A DNA stretch of 58,323 bases from NCBI GenBank assembly GCA_023489485.1, contig JAMDCU010000089.1, forward strand, positions 1 through 58,323, written 5' to 3'. This DNA is from Chloroflexota bacterium. GTDB lineage: Bacteria > Chloroflexota > Anaerolineae > UBA4142. Shown here in pieces: positions 39,226-47,155 of the stretch. The position numbers and the translations under genes are program-made. How positions within the stretch are numbered: position 1 is the first letter of the stretch; every line of letters starts with the position of its first letter. The notes under the pieces were generated by a model. That model saw nothing but the letters and a program-made list of their open reading frames with translations, did not search any database and was not told the DNA's origin.

Positions 39226-40167
39226 CTACAAAGCCCATCGGTCTACTGGCGAAGCCCGCTCGTGTGTCCGCTCGATGTCTTCTCGTTCGAGTTGGACATA
39301 TATTCGGGTGGTCGCCAGATCTTCATGGCCCAGAATCTGCTGCAGGCTCATCACATCGCCGCCATTGCGAAGGTACAACCGTGCCATGGTGTGTCGAAAG
39401 CGGTGCGGATTGCAGGGTTTGATCCCTCCCCTCTCGCCCAATTTGGTCAGGATGTGTGCGAGCTTGTTTGCAGTGAGTGGAAAGCCCTTCGGGCCGAGAA
39501 AGACATAGTTCTCCCGTAAGGGCTGGGGGCGATGCCGGTTAACATACATCCAGAGAGCCTGCTTCGTCCTGTTGCCGATCGGGACATAGCGGTCTTTCAT
39601 CCCCTTCCCCGTCACATGTGCTCGTCTGAGTTCAGGGTCGAGGTAGTCTAGCCTCAAGGTGACGAGTTCACTTGCCCGCAAGCCCGAATCGAGCAGGAGC
39701 AGTATGATGGCTCGATTGCGCGCGGCGAGAGCGGGACTCGCCTTGGCGCACGTGGCGAGTAATCGTTTGATGTCGGACTCGTCAAAGCGGGGCTTGATGG
39801 ACTTGGGCAGTTTGGGGCGGGGCAGACCTTCCATCGGATTCGCGGGAATCAACTTTTCGCGCGCTGCCCAGCGAAAGAACGTGGAGAGGGCTCGCACGTA
39901 GCCGTGAATGGTGTAGATGGACAAGCCCCGCGCCTGCTCTTTGTGGAAACGGTCGCCTCCCCAGATGGTCTGGCGGCTCTGAAGCGACGAGATAAATTGC
40001 GCTACATCCGCCTTGGTGACCCGTTCAATGGGGCAATCCGGAGTTTGGCGGTACAGGTGGATTTGGAGGGCTTTCAGCCGTTCGGTGTACCATTCCAAGG
40101 TGGCCGGGGAGTGGTTGCCAAGGCGCTGGAAAAAGAGGAAACCTTCGAGGGCTTTAGAAAATAACAT
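39226..40167 (-). CDS. Tyrosine recombinase/integrase (XerC/D-like)
   Basis: RNRAIILLLLDSGLRASE, GKGMKDR, HRFRHT, ILGH and TRIY: all catalytic residues present; SAM-like N-terminal domain. Confidence 0.95.
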   Translation of the reverse strand: MLFSKALEGFLFFQRLGNHSPATLEWYTERLKALQIHLYRQTPDCPIERVTKADVAQFISSLQSRQTIWGGDRFHKEQARGLSIYTIHGYVRALSTFFRWAAREKLIPANPMEGLPRPKLPKSIKPRFDESDIKRLLATCAKASPALAARNRAIILLLLDSGLRASELVTLRLDYLDPELRRAHVTGKGMKDRYVPIGNRTKQALWMYVNRHRPQPLRENYVFLGPKGFPLTANKLAHILTKLGERGGIKPCNPHRFRHTMARLYLRNGGDVMSLQQILGHEDLATTRIYVQLEREDIERTHERASPVDRWAL

Positions 40168-40285
40168 ACCCACCTCCTACGGGGTGGGCTGTGTCCTGTG
40201 GTCACCTTGCGTGTGGGCGAATCTACCATAATCTACCAAACTGTCCAAGGGACAGGCTACACACGCATGGTCTTGTGTACATTTG

Positions 40286-40357
40286 TGGCGGCGAGTGGAT
40301 TTGGACCACTGACCAAGGGCTTATGAGTCCCCTGCTCTACCACTGAGCTACAAAGCC
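40286..40357 (-). tRNA. tRNA with CAT anticodon (elongator Met more likely than Ile2), structurally imperfect
   Basis: GGCTTTG TA GCTC AGTGGTA GAGC A GGGGA CTCATAA GCCCT TGGTC AGTGG TCCAAAT CCACT CGCCGCC A. Two acceptor-stem mismatches, TCC in the T-loop, followed by CAA. Confidence 0.85.
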
Positions 40358-40381
40358 ATGCCGTTTACTTCCGCGAGTCAG

Positions 40382-40410
40382 ATTATACCGATTCGGTTGC
40401 TCCATGTCAA
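40382..40410 (-). promoter_or_regulatory. Consensus sigma70 promoter for the tRNA
   Basis: TTGACA-17 bp-TATAAT on the minus strand. Confidence 0.85.
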
Positions 40411-40424
40411 ATGGTCTGACGCAA

Positions 40425-40495
40425 AGACGGAAGGATGAGGGATGAAGGATCAAGCCCCAATTTAGCCACCGGCCAACGACAAATGATAGATGACA
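40425..40495. repeat. Degenerate tandem heptamer repeats
   Basis: AGACGGA AGGATGA GGGATGA AGGATCA, and AACGACA AATGATA GATGACA. Confidence 0.6.
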
Positions 40496-40567
40496 AAGAT
40501 GAAGCGCCGAAAAATTCCCAGCAACCACGCTCCCCGTAGCCACTATCGCCGGTTCGCATCATTGCGT

Positions 40568-41680
40568 TCAAAGTTTCATTGTGACTTGTTCGCTCAGCAT
40601 GTCCAGCTCGGCAACCTGGGCGGGGGTGAGGCGCCAACTGTCCTTGATCTGCGCGGGAGGGCGCGACGATCCCCCGGCCGTGGAAGGCGACCACACTTTG
40701 GCTGGCCCCGCACTTTGTTCAGGGCTGCGGCCCAAGGCGGGTCCTGAGTTGCCCGTACCTTTATCCTGAGCGGACCCCGAGCCAGTCGAAGGATGCGGGA
40801 GGACGACGAGGCCGCCGACATCTTCCTCCGCCTGGCGTGCATTCTTGGCGCCAGGAATGGGGATCGTGTTCTTGCAGATGAGCCAGTTGAGTGCGACCTG
40901 GGACGGTGTCTTGCCGCCGGATTCGGCGCCAATCTCGCGCATGCGTTGGACGAGTGGCTGGATGCGGGCAAGATTGATTCCGCCCATCCTCCAGCCGCGC
41001 AGCCCGCGAGGACGATGGTCGGGTGTGTATTTGCCCGTGAGCAGGCCCTTGGCGATCGGGCTGTACGCAATGACCGAGACGTCGTATTCGCGGCAGGTCG
41101 CGAGGACACCGTTCCTTTCCGGTTGGCGGTGGAGCAGACTGTACTCGATCTGGTTGGTAGCGAGCGGGATATTGCGCTTGGCGAGCGCTTCGTACGCGCG
41201 GCGCACCTGTACCGCGTTGTAGTTTGAGACGCCGACAGCGCGGGCCAGTCCTTGCTCGACCGCATCGGCGAGAACGTCCATCCAGGTCTCGATGGGGACT
41301 GGCGGCATCGGCATATGGATTTGGTAGAGATCGACGCGGTCGACCCCAACACGCTCAAGACTGTTGTGCAGCGAGTGAATGAGCTCCTTGCGGCTCAGGC
41401 GCCAGGGATAGGGCATGAACTTGGTCGCGAGGGTGACAGGTTTGCCCGATGCGCGGATGAACGTGCCGAGGAATCTTTCGGACTGGCCGTTGCCGTAGAT
41501 CTCGGCGGTGTCAAAGAAGTCGATGCCGGCATTTAGGCTGACGTCGAACGCCTCTCTGATGTCCTTTTCGCCATAGCCGCTGCCATAGTTCCACACGAGC
41601 CGGTCGCCCCAGGCCCAGGTTCCAATACCGAGAGGGGGGACGAAGACGTCCGTCTTGCCGAGGTGTACTTGTTCGAGCAT
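40568..41680 (-). CDS. Aldo/keto reductase with a C-terminal in-frame insertion
   Basis: GIGTWAWGD, FDTAEIYG, ATKF, DLYQIH, GVSNY, AYSPI and IPIPGAKN motifs. Confidence 0.93.
   Translation of the reverse strand: MLEQVHLGKTDVFVPPLGIGTWAWGDRLVWNYGSGYGEKDIREAFDVSLNAGIDFFDTAEIYGNGQSERFLGTFIRASGKPVTLATKFMPYPWRLSRKELIHSLHNSLERVGVDRVDLYQIHMPMPPVPIETWMDVLADAVEQGLARAVGVSNYNAVQVRRAYEALAKRNIPLATNQIEYSLLHRQPERNGVLATCREYDVSVIAYSPIAKGLLTGKYTPDHRPRGLRGWRMGGINLARIQPLVQRMREIGAESGGKTPSQVALNWLICKNTIPIPGAKNARQAEEDVGGLVVLPHPSTGSGSAQDKGTGNSGPALGRSPEQSAGPAKVWSPSTAGGSSRPPAQIKDSWRLTPAQVAELDMLSEQVTMKL
40640..40807. repeat. 168-bp in-frame insertion containing a REP-like palindrome
   Basis: Removal restores GGL-SWRLT. 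It contains TCCTGAGCGGA...AGTCGAAGGA and a GCGGGAGG direct repeat near both ends. Confidence 0.65.
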
Positions 41681-41765
41681 GCCTAACCTACCTTGCCGGG
41701 AGACGCCAAGGAGTCATCCGGCGCGCGTCGCCTTCACGAAAGCGAGGCTCAAGCTGACAGTAGGG

Positions 41766-41793
41766 ATTATACGATAACCTGCGGCAGTGTCAA
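41766..41793 (-). promoter_or_regulatory. Sigma70 promoter for the AKR gene
   Basis: TTGACA-16 bp-TATAAT on the minus strand. Confidence 0.75.
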
Positions 41794-41815
41794 TGGCGTA
41801 ATGATGGGACCCCCG

Positions 41816-41843
41816 TTGACAATGGGAGGGGATGACCTATTAT
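41816..41843 (+). promoter_or_regulatory. Sigma70 promoter (divergent)
   Basis: TTGACA-16 bp-TATTAT. Confidence 0.55.
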
Positions 41844-41849
41844 TAGAAG

Positions 41850-42212
41850 GTGGTCGCCTTTGCGACGACCACGGCCCGCGGGGAGCCACGGGTGGCGCCT
41901 GTCGGCTCGCTCTTTTACCGAGCACATTTCGTCATTCCAACGGTGAGCGAGGCCGCGCGGGCCAAGCACACCAGGGCTCGCCCGGCGGTCAGCATGACAC
42001 ACTTTCTGGACACTGGCCTCGCGATCATTGTTCGCGGCCATGCAACCGTGGTGACGCCTCAGGACGCGCATTTTGCCGAACTCGAGCAGCTCCAGCGCGA
42101 GGTGAGCGGACAGAGCGTGCGGGAATGGGGAGACGGCGAGGGAGTCTATCTGCGGGTGAGCGCCGACATGATGTTCACCTATGCCCGGGAACCGGATAAG
42201 TATCCGGGGTGA
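41850..42212 (+). CDS. Pyridoxamine 5'-phosphate oxidase-like (split-barrel) protein, short or 5'-truncated
   Basis: VAFATTTARGEPRVAPV...RPAVS...VRGHA; in-frame TAG two codons upstream of the GTG. Confidence 0.65.
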   Translation: MVAFATTTARGEPRVAPVGSLFYRAHFVIPTVSEAARAKHTRARPAVSMTHFLDTGLAIIVRGHATVVTPQDAHFAELEQLQREVSGQSVREWGDGEGVYLRVSADMMFTYAREPDKYPG

Positions 42213-42220
42213 GGGGGAGA

Positions 42221-42262
42221 AGAAAAAGAGACCAGGTCCCTTAGAAAGACCTGGTCTTTTTC
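42221..42262. terminator. Bidirectional terminator/REP-like hairpin
   Basis: AGACCAGGTC/GACCTGGTCT stem flanked by A- and T-tracts. Confidence 0.7.
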
Positions 42263-42519
42263 TAATGTCGCGGTAGGGTAACACCCCAATGCTGTTACCG
42301 TCAAGCTGGACGTATCGTGAAGGCAAACAGCTCCAGTGACTCGGGGGATTGTTGTCTCGACGAGCAGTCACGCCCACGGCAGCTTTTCGTTAGGGTATGT
42401 GAGTGGTTATTGCCAACTGCGCATCCGTGGGAGACAAGCGCGGGTGGCGCCGCGAATCAGGGCTTGCTGGCTCCTCAGTTGAGCCTGATGGATTAGGCAA
42501 AACAATTGGTCCTAATAAA

Positions 42520-43662
42520 ATGCACAAACCGAACTATATCCTATTGTCCTTCAGCGTCCTTTTGGCCATCCTCATCGGCATCCTCGGCGGGGGAGTAATG
42601 GGTGGCGTGGCAGGTTACTATACAGCACAGATGATTATGCCGATAGAGGCCGCAATACCCACAGCGGGACCGGCCTCTCCGAAGACACCGCTGCTGCAAG
42701 CGGCTCCGCCCCCGACGACGAATCTCGTCCTCAAGGAGGACTCTGCCGTTGTGGATGCGGTGCGCAAGACGAGGCCGGCGGTTGTCACCGTCATTAATGA
42801 CCTCGCAGGTCGCGGCGGCCTTTTCGGCGCTGGCGGTGGGACGGCCTCCGGGTCCGGAATCATCATCGATTCGAAAGGGTACATCGTCACGAACGATCAC
42901 GTGATTGATGGCGAGCGGTCACTTTCGGTCATCTACGCAGATGGGACTCAGGCGAACGCGAACCTTGTCGGCGCCGACCCGATAGCGGACATTGCCGTGA
43001 TCAAGGTCGACGGGCAGGTGCCGGCCGTGGCCACGTTCGGTGACTCGAACGCGCTCGAACCGGGGCAGGTGGCAATCGCGATCGGCAGTCCGCTGGGCGA
43101 ATTTCGCGGCACGGTGACGATTGGAATCGTGAGCGCGCTGAACCGGACGGTGGGGCGGCAGGAAGGGTTGATTCAGACGGATGCGGCGATTAATAATGGC
43201 AATTCGGGCGGCCCGCTCCTGAACAGTCTCGGGCAGGTGATAGGGATCAATACCCTCGTGGTCCGGAGCACGGACAATGGGGACATCGCCGAGGGCCTCG
43301 GCTTTGCGATCCCGTCGAATCTTGCGCGGGACATTGCGGACCAACTCATTGCCGGCAGCAAGGTTGAGCACCCGTATGTCGGGGTCACCTTCCAGCCTCT
43401 CGACCAGAGCACTGCCAACAGCTTGGGGATCGACACGACCCAGGGGGTGATGGTAACGCAGGTGATGGCGGACAGCCCGGCAGCGCAAGCCGGCTTGAAG
43501 GAGCAAGATGTGATCCTAGGTCTGGACGCGGACAAGATCGATCAAAACCATTCGCTACTCAGTCTCTTGTCCAAGCATAATGCCGGTGACACGGTCACTC
43601 TGAGTGTGGTACGGGATGGCAAACACATGGACGTCAAACTGGTCCTCGCCGCTCATCCTTGA
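42520..43662 (+). CDS. htrA: HtrA/DegP-family serine protease with one PDZ domain
   Basis: N-terminal TM; GSGII, TNDHV, DIAV, IQTDAAINNGNSGGPL motifs; PDZ domain. Confidence 0.92.
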   Translation: MHKPNYILLSFSVLLAILIGILGGGVMGGVAGYYTAQMIMPIEAAIPTAGPASPKTPLLQAAPPPTTNLVLKEDSAVVDAVRKTRPAVVTVINDLAGRGGLFGAGGGTASGSGIIIDSKGYIVTNDHVIDGERSLSVIYADGTQANANLVGADPIADIAVIKVDGQVPAVATFGDSNALEPGQVAIAIGSPLGEFRGTVTIGIVSALNRTVGRQEGLIQTDAAINNGNSGGPLLNSLGQVIGINTLVVRSTDNGDIAEGLGFAIPSNLARDIADQLIAGSKVEHPYVGVTFQPLDQSTANSLGIDTTQGVMVTQVMADSPAAQAGLKEQDVILGLDADKIDQNHSLLSLLSKHNAGDTVTLSVVRDGKHMDVKLVLAAHP

Positions 43663-43692
43663 TGAATTGTGTACGGGTCTTTTAGCTCCTAT

Positions 43693-43730
43693 TGTCCTCG
43701 TCTGCCCATGGCAAGCGAGGACATTTTCTT
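43693..43730 (+). terminator. Intrinsic terminator
   Basis: TGTCCTCG...CGAGGACA stem followed by TTTTCTT. Confidence 0.75.
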
Positions 43731-43913
43731 GTTGCGCAAGAGCGGTTCAAACGCGTTCCTGAACATGAATAACGAAGGACGGAGTCGGCGAGCACATCAC
43801 CCCGGTTTCCGATTTCCAGCCCTTGTCCCGCTCCCGGTTCTGTGAGATAATCTCAGCGCCGTCGGGGCGATTGCTCAAAGATTAGCCGCTCGTTAACGGA
43901 AAATGGAGGAAGT

Positions 43914-44852
43914 GTGGAATATCGCTTGCTAGGTAAATCGGGTGTCCGAGTCTCGGTCATCGGGTTGGGAACGAACCGATTCGGAACAGAGGCCGTGTCA
44001 CAAGAAACGGTTAGCCAAATAATCAGCACGGCGATGGATCTGGGCATCAATTTCATTGACACGTCGGACACGTATTCAAAGGGCCGGTCAGAAGAGACGC
44101 TGGGGGTGGCGCTCAAGGGACACTGGGACCGTTTTGTGGTCGCGACCAAGTTCTCGCTGCCGGTCGGCGAAGGACCGAACGACAGGGGCGCCTCGCGCTA
44201 TCATATGATGTATTCGATCGAGAGGAGTCTGTGTCGCTTGCAGACGGACCACGTCGATCTCTACTATGTACACAAATGGGATCCAGATACGCCCATCGAG
44301 GAGATGTTGCGCGGGCTGGAGGATCTGTGCCGCATGGGCAAGGTGCGTTATGTGGGCGCCTCCCAATTCGCCGCGTGGCAACTTGCCGAAGCAGACCTGC
44401 TCGCCGAGATGCGGGGCTGGTCTCCTTTCATTGTTATCCAGGCGCATTATCATATGCTTGAGCGCCAAGTCGAGAGAGAACTCGCTACCTATTGCCGCAC
44501 TCATCATGTCGGACTCGTCCCCTTTTTCCCTCTCGCCGGGGGATTCCTGACGGGCAAGTACAAGCAAGGCCAGCCGCCTCCCCCTGGCTCGCGAGGAGAA
44601 TCGAGCAGCTATGTGCAGCAGTATATGACTGATGGGAATTATGCCAGGGTGGGAAAACTGACGGCGTGGGCGCGGGCGCAGGGACGGGGGATGAATGAAC
44701 TGGCGCACGCCTGGCTGCTCGCGCATCCGGAGGTGTGCTCGGTCATCTCGGGGTCGACGCAGCTCGAGCAGGTGGTTGCGAACGCGCGGGCCGCGGATTG
44801 GGTATTGACGCCGGATGAGATGCAAGAGGTGAATACGATTCTGGAGCAGTAG
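43914..44852 (+). CDS. Aldo/keto reductase
   Basis: GINFIDTSDTY, ATKF, DLYYVH, GKVRYVGAS and FFPLAGGFLTGKY motifs. Confidence 0.95.
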   Translation: MEYRLLGKSGVRVSVIGLGTNRFGTEAVSQETVSQIISTAMDLGINFIDTSDTYSKGRSEETLGVALKGHWDRFVVATKFSLPVGEGPNDRGASRYHMMYSIERSLCRLQTDHVDLYYVHKWDPDTPIEEMLRGLEDLCRMGKVRYVGASQFAAWQLAEADLLAEMRGWSPFIVIQAHYHMLERQVERELATYCRTHHVGLVPFFPLAGGFLTGKYKQGQPPPPGSRGESSSYVQQYMTDGNYARVGKLTAWARAQGRGMNELAHAWLLAHPEVCSVISGSTQLEQVVANARAADWVLTPDEMQEVNTILEQ

Positions 44853-44863
44853 CTTGAAGCGTA

Positions 44864-44932
44864 CAGACTTACGAAGCATCCAGAGTTACGAAGCGCACAG
44901 ACTTCCGAAGTTTCCAAAAACTTCGGGAGTCT
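44864..44932. repeat. Three 17-bp-spaced direct repeats ending in a REP-like palindrome
   Basis: CAGACTTACGAAGC 44864, CAGAGTTACGAAGC 44881 and CAGACTTCCGAAGT 44898; the last pairs with AACTTCGGGAGTCT. Confidence 0.65.
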
Positions 44933-44946
44933 TGTCGAGTCTTGCT

Positions 44947-45666
44947 CTACAGTCCAACCATTTGTTTCAGCATCTTGGCATTTCTCAGGGCGTACCCGCC
45001 GACGTCGTTGTTGAAATAGCAAAAGACGTCAAGCTTGGCGCGATCCCAATCGATCGCACGCTTGGCCCAAGGCTCAAGAGCCTCGCGCGGGTAGTTGCCC
45101 GCGTGATGCCGGTCGCCATGAAAGCGAATATAGATCGGCGAGGCTGTGACGCGAAGCGGAACCTGGAGCGGATACATGTCGTGCAGGCAATGCGCGATCT
45201 CGAAACGTTCCATCATTTGAAACACCTCTTCCGTGAGCCAGCTCGGATCGCGGAATTCGACCACATGCCGGTATCCCTTGGGAAGGACGGACAGAAAATG
45301 CTCAAAGCGGGGCAAGTTCGCGTGCCAGTGGGGCGGTAGTTGATAGAGAACGGGACCGAGCGTCGGCCCCAAGAGGCGCGCACGTTCGAAGAAGCGGTGG
45401 AGGGGGTCTTCAGGATCCTTCAGCTTTTTGACGTGGGTGAGATAGCGGCTGGCCTTGACGGCGTAAAGAAAGCCCGAGGGCGCTTGCTTGCGCCATGCCT
45501 TGAAGGCATCTTCGCTGGGGAGGCGGTAGAACGAATTGTTGATCTCGACGGTGTCGAACTCGCGCGCATAGAAGGAGAACCACTCGCTCGCGCGCAGGTC
45601 TTGGGGGTAAAATATCTCTTTCCAATGGTTATAGACCCAACCCGATGTACCGATACGAATGTCCAT
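44947..45666 (-). CDS. DUF72 domain protein (YecE-like)
   Basis: IGTSGW, TVEINNSFY, LYQLPP, EFRDPSW, YIRFHG and YFNND motifs. Confidence 0.93.
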   Translation of the reverse strand: MDIRIGTSGWVYNHWKEIFYPQDLRASEWFSFYAREFDTVEINNSFYRLPSEDAFKAWRKQAPSGFLYAVKASRYLTHVKKLKDPEDPLHRFFERARLLGPTLGPVLYQLPPHWHANLPRFEHFLSVLPKGYRHVVEFRDPSWLTEEVFQMMERFEIAHCLHDMYPLQVPLRVTASPIYIRFHGDRHHAGNYPREALEPWAKRAIDWDRAKLDVFCYFNNDVGGYALRNAKMLKQMVGL

Positions 45667-45789
45667 GCCCAGGTCACTGCAGAAAATCCCGAGAGTGTTT
45701 ACGATTTGACAGAATGAGAACGGGATTTATGGAAATTGTTCTAACCAGAACAAACGAAAAACTCGTCTGAATAATCTGGCCGCAAGGTA

Positions 45790-45818
45790 TTGACAACGGC
45801 AAGTGAATGCCCTATACT
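45790..45818 (+). promoter_or_regulatory. Sigma70 promoter with no long downstream ORF
   Basis: TTGACA-17 bp-TATACT, then a GGGAG RBS and ATG 45838 opening only 13 codons. Confidence 0.6.
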
Positions 45819-46112
45819 AATGATAGCAGGGAGCTCCATGAAATTGGACGGCGACCTCATCGAAGCCAACACCAAATAAAACGTTCCGTTTGCTCTGGCG
45901 AGCAATCGCAAAGACCGCGGTGACGTGGTGATGGTGAAAGCTCTCTCAAAGCGTTGAAGCTCGGTGGAACTGGTGCCATCCTCCCAGGGTGGCAACTAGA
46001 AGAAATCGGGTCGAGCTGAGAGAGGATCCGACGGGCAGTTGCGCACTCTGAACCGCGAAGGCGGACAAGAGAAGGTGCGAATGTCTTGAGGAGCGTTGAG
46101 GGCGACCTAAGG

Positions 46113-46751
46113 TTACTTGGGGCCCCTGCTCTTTTTTTGCCTCCGCGTTCCTGCTCTCCGTCCCGCTGATCGGCCAAATCCTTCGGCCGGTTTTTTGTTC
46201 TCCAGAACTTCGGGCCTTAGGATCCCCACAAAAGGTAAATGACGGTACCTCTCGCGATAGTCCAGCCCGTATCCCGCCACAAATCGATCCGGCAGGTCAA
46301 AGCCTTTGTATTTCAGAGGATAATCGATCAGACGGTGGGCGGGCTTGTTAAAGAGGACGCAGACGTCGATACTGGCCGGGGCCCGTGTTCGCAGATTGCG
46401 CAGCAAATAACTCAAGGTGAGACCGGTGTCGATAACGTCCTCGACGAAGAGGACGCGGCGGCCCATCAGCGGGATATCGAGGTCTTTGACGAGACGCACA
46501 AAGCCTTGGTCTTGCTCTTGCGGTGAGTATGCAGAAACGGCGAGGAAATCCACCTCGACGGGGATAGAAATCTGCCGGAGCAGATCCGCCATAAAGAGGA
46601 CAACTCCCTTCAGCACGCCGATCAGCAAAGGGTTGAGAGAGCGGTAGTCCCGCGAGATCGCTTGTCCGATTTCGGCCACGCGTGTCTGGATTTCTTCGGC
46701 CGTAATCAGAATCTCACTAAAGTCGTCTCGTTCCTCTACATAGTCGATCAT
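46113..46751 (-). CDS. hpt: Hypoxanthine phosphoribosyltransferase
   Basis: IGVLKG, VLFVEDVIDTGLTL and FVAGYGLDY...YRHLP motifs. Confidence 0.92.
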   Translation of the reverse strand: MIDYVEERDDFSEILITAEEIQTRVAEIGQAISRDYRSLNPLLIGVLKGVVLFMADLLRQISIPVEVDFLAVSAYSPQEQDQGFVRLVKDLDIPLMGRRVLFVEDVIDTGLTLSYLLRNLRTRAPASIDVCVLFNKPAHRLIDYPLKYKGFDLPDRFVAGYGLDYRERYRHLPFVGILRPEVLENKKPAEGFGRSAGRRAGTRRQKKSRGPK

Positions 46752-47155
46752 TTCTTATTCTTCTGCGCCTGCTCCAGTGGCCGTTGCTGAGCGCGCGTCC
46801 CGCGGATCCGCTCGGCCGACTGATCCAGCCCATACTTGATCATCAGGTTGCGCAGGGCGCCGCGCTTGTAGAGCCGAACGTTCACGTCGGGATACAATTG
46901 CTTCATCATGCGCAGCCGGCGATTCTTACGCGTCGACAATTCAGGCCGCAGTGTGGTCAGTTCGATGTAGAGGTCTTGCTCCGGGAGATAAAAATCGGGG
47001 GTAAAGGCCTCGAGCACGCTCCCATCCTTGTTCCAGCGAAGGGGAAATGAGCGGGGTTCGTACATCCATTCAATGCCGTAATAGTCCAGGATGCGAGCAA
47101 ATTCTTCTTCAGAAGAGTGTGCAAAATGAGGACGTTCCGGATCAGACAGACTCAA
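46748..47155 (-). CDS. Small PD-(D/E)XK nuclease-fold-like protein
   Basis: SEEEFARILD...W.YEP...FTPDFYLP...LYIELT motifs; overlaps both neighbours. Confidence 0.7.
   Translation of the reverse strand: MSLSDPERPHFAHSSEEEFARILDYYGIEWMYEPRSFPLRWNKDGSVLEAFTPDFYLPEQDLYIELTTLRPELSTRKNRRLRMMKQLYPDVNVRLYKRGALRNLMIKYGLDQSAERIRGTRAQQRPLEQAQKNKK

Larger units (their letters stand above)
38113..40300 (-). mobile_element. Right end of a tRNA-anchored integrative element (left boundary not found)
   Basis: The integrase starts ~120 bp from the tRNA 3' end; tandem AATCTACCA repeats lie between them. Confidence 0.6.
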
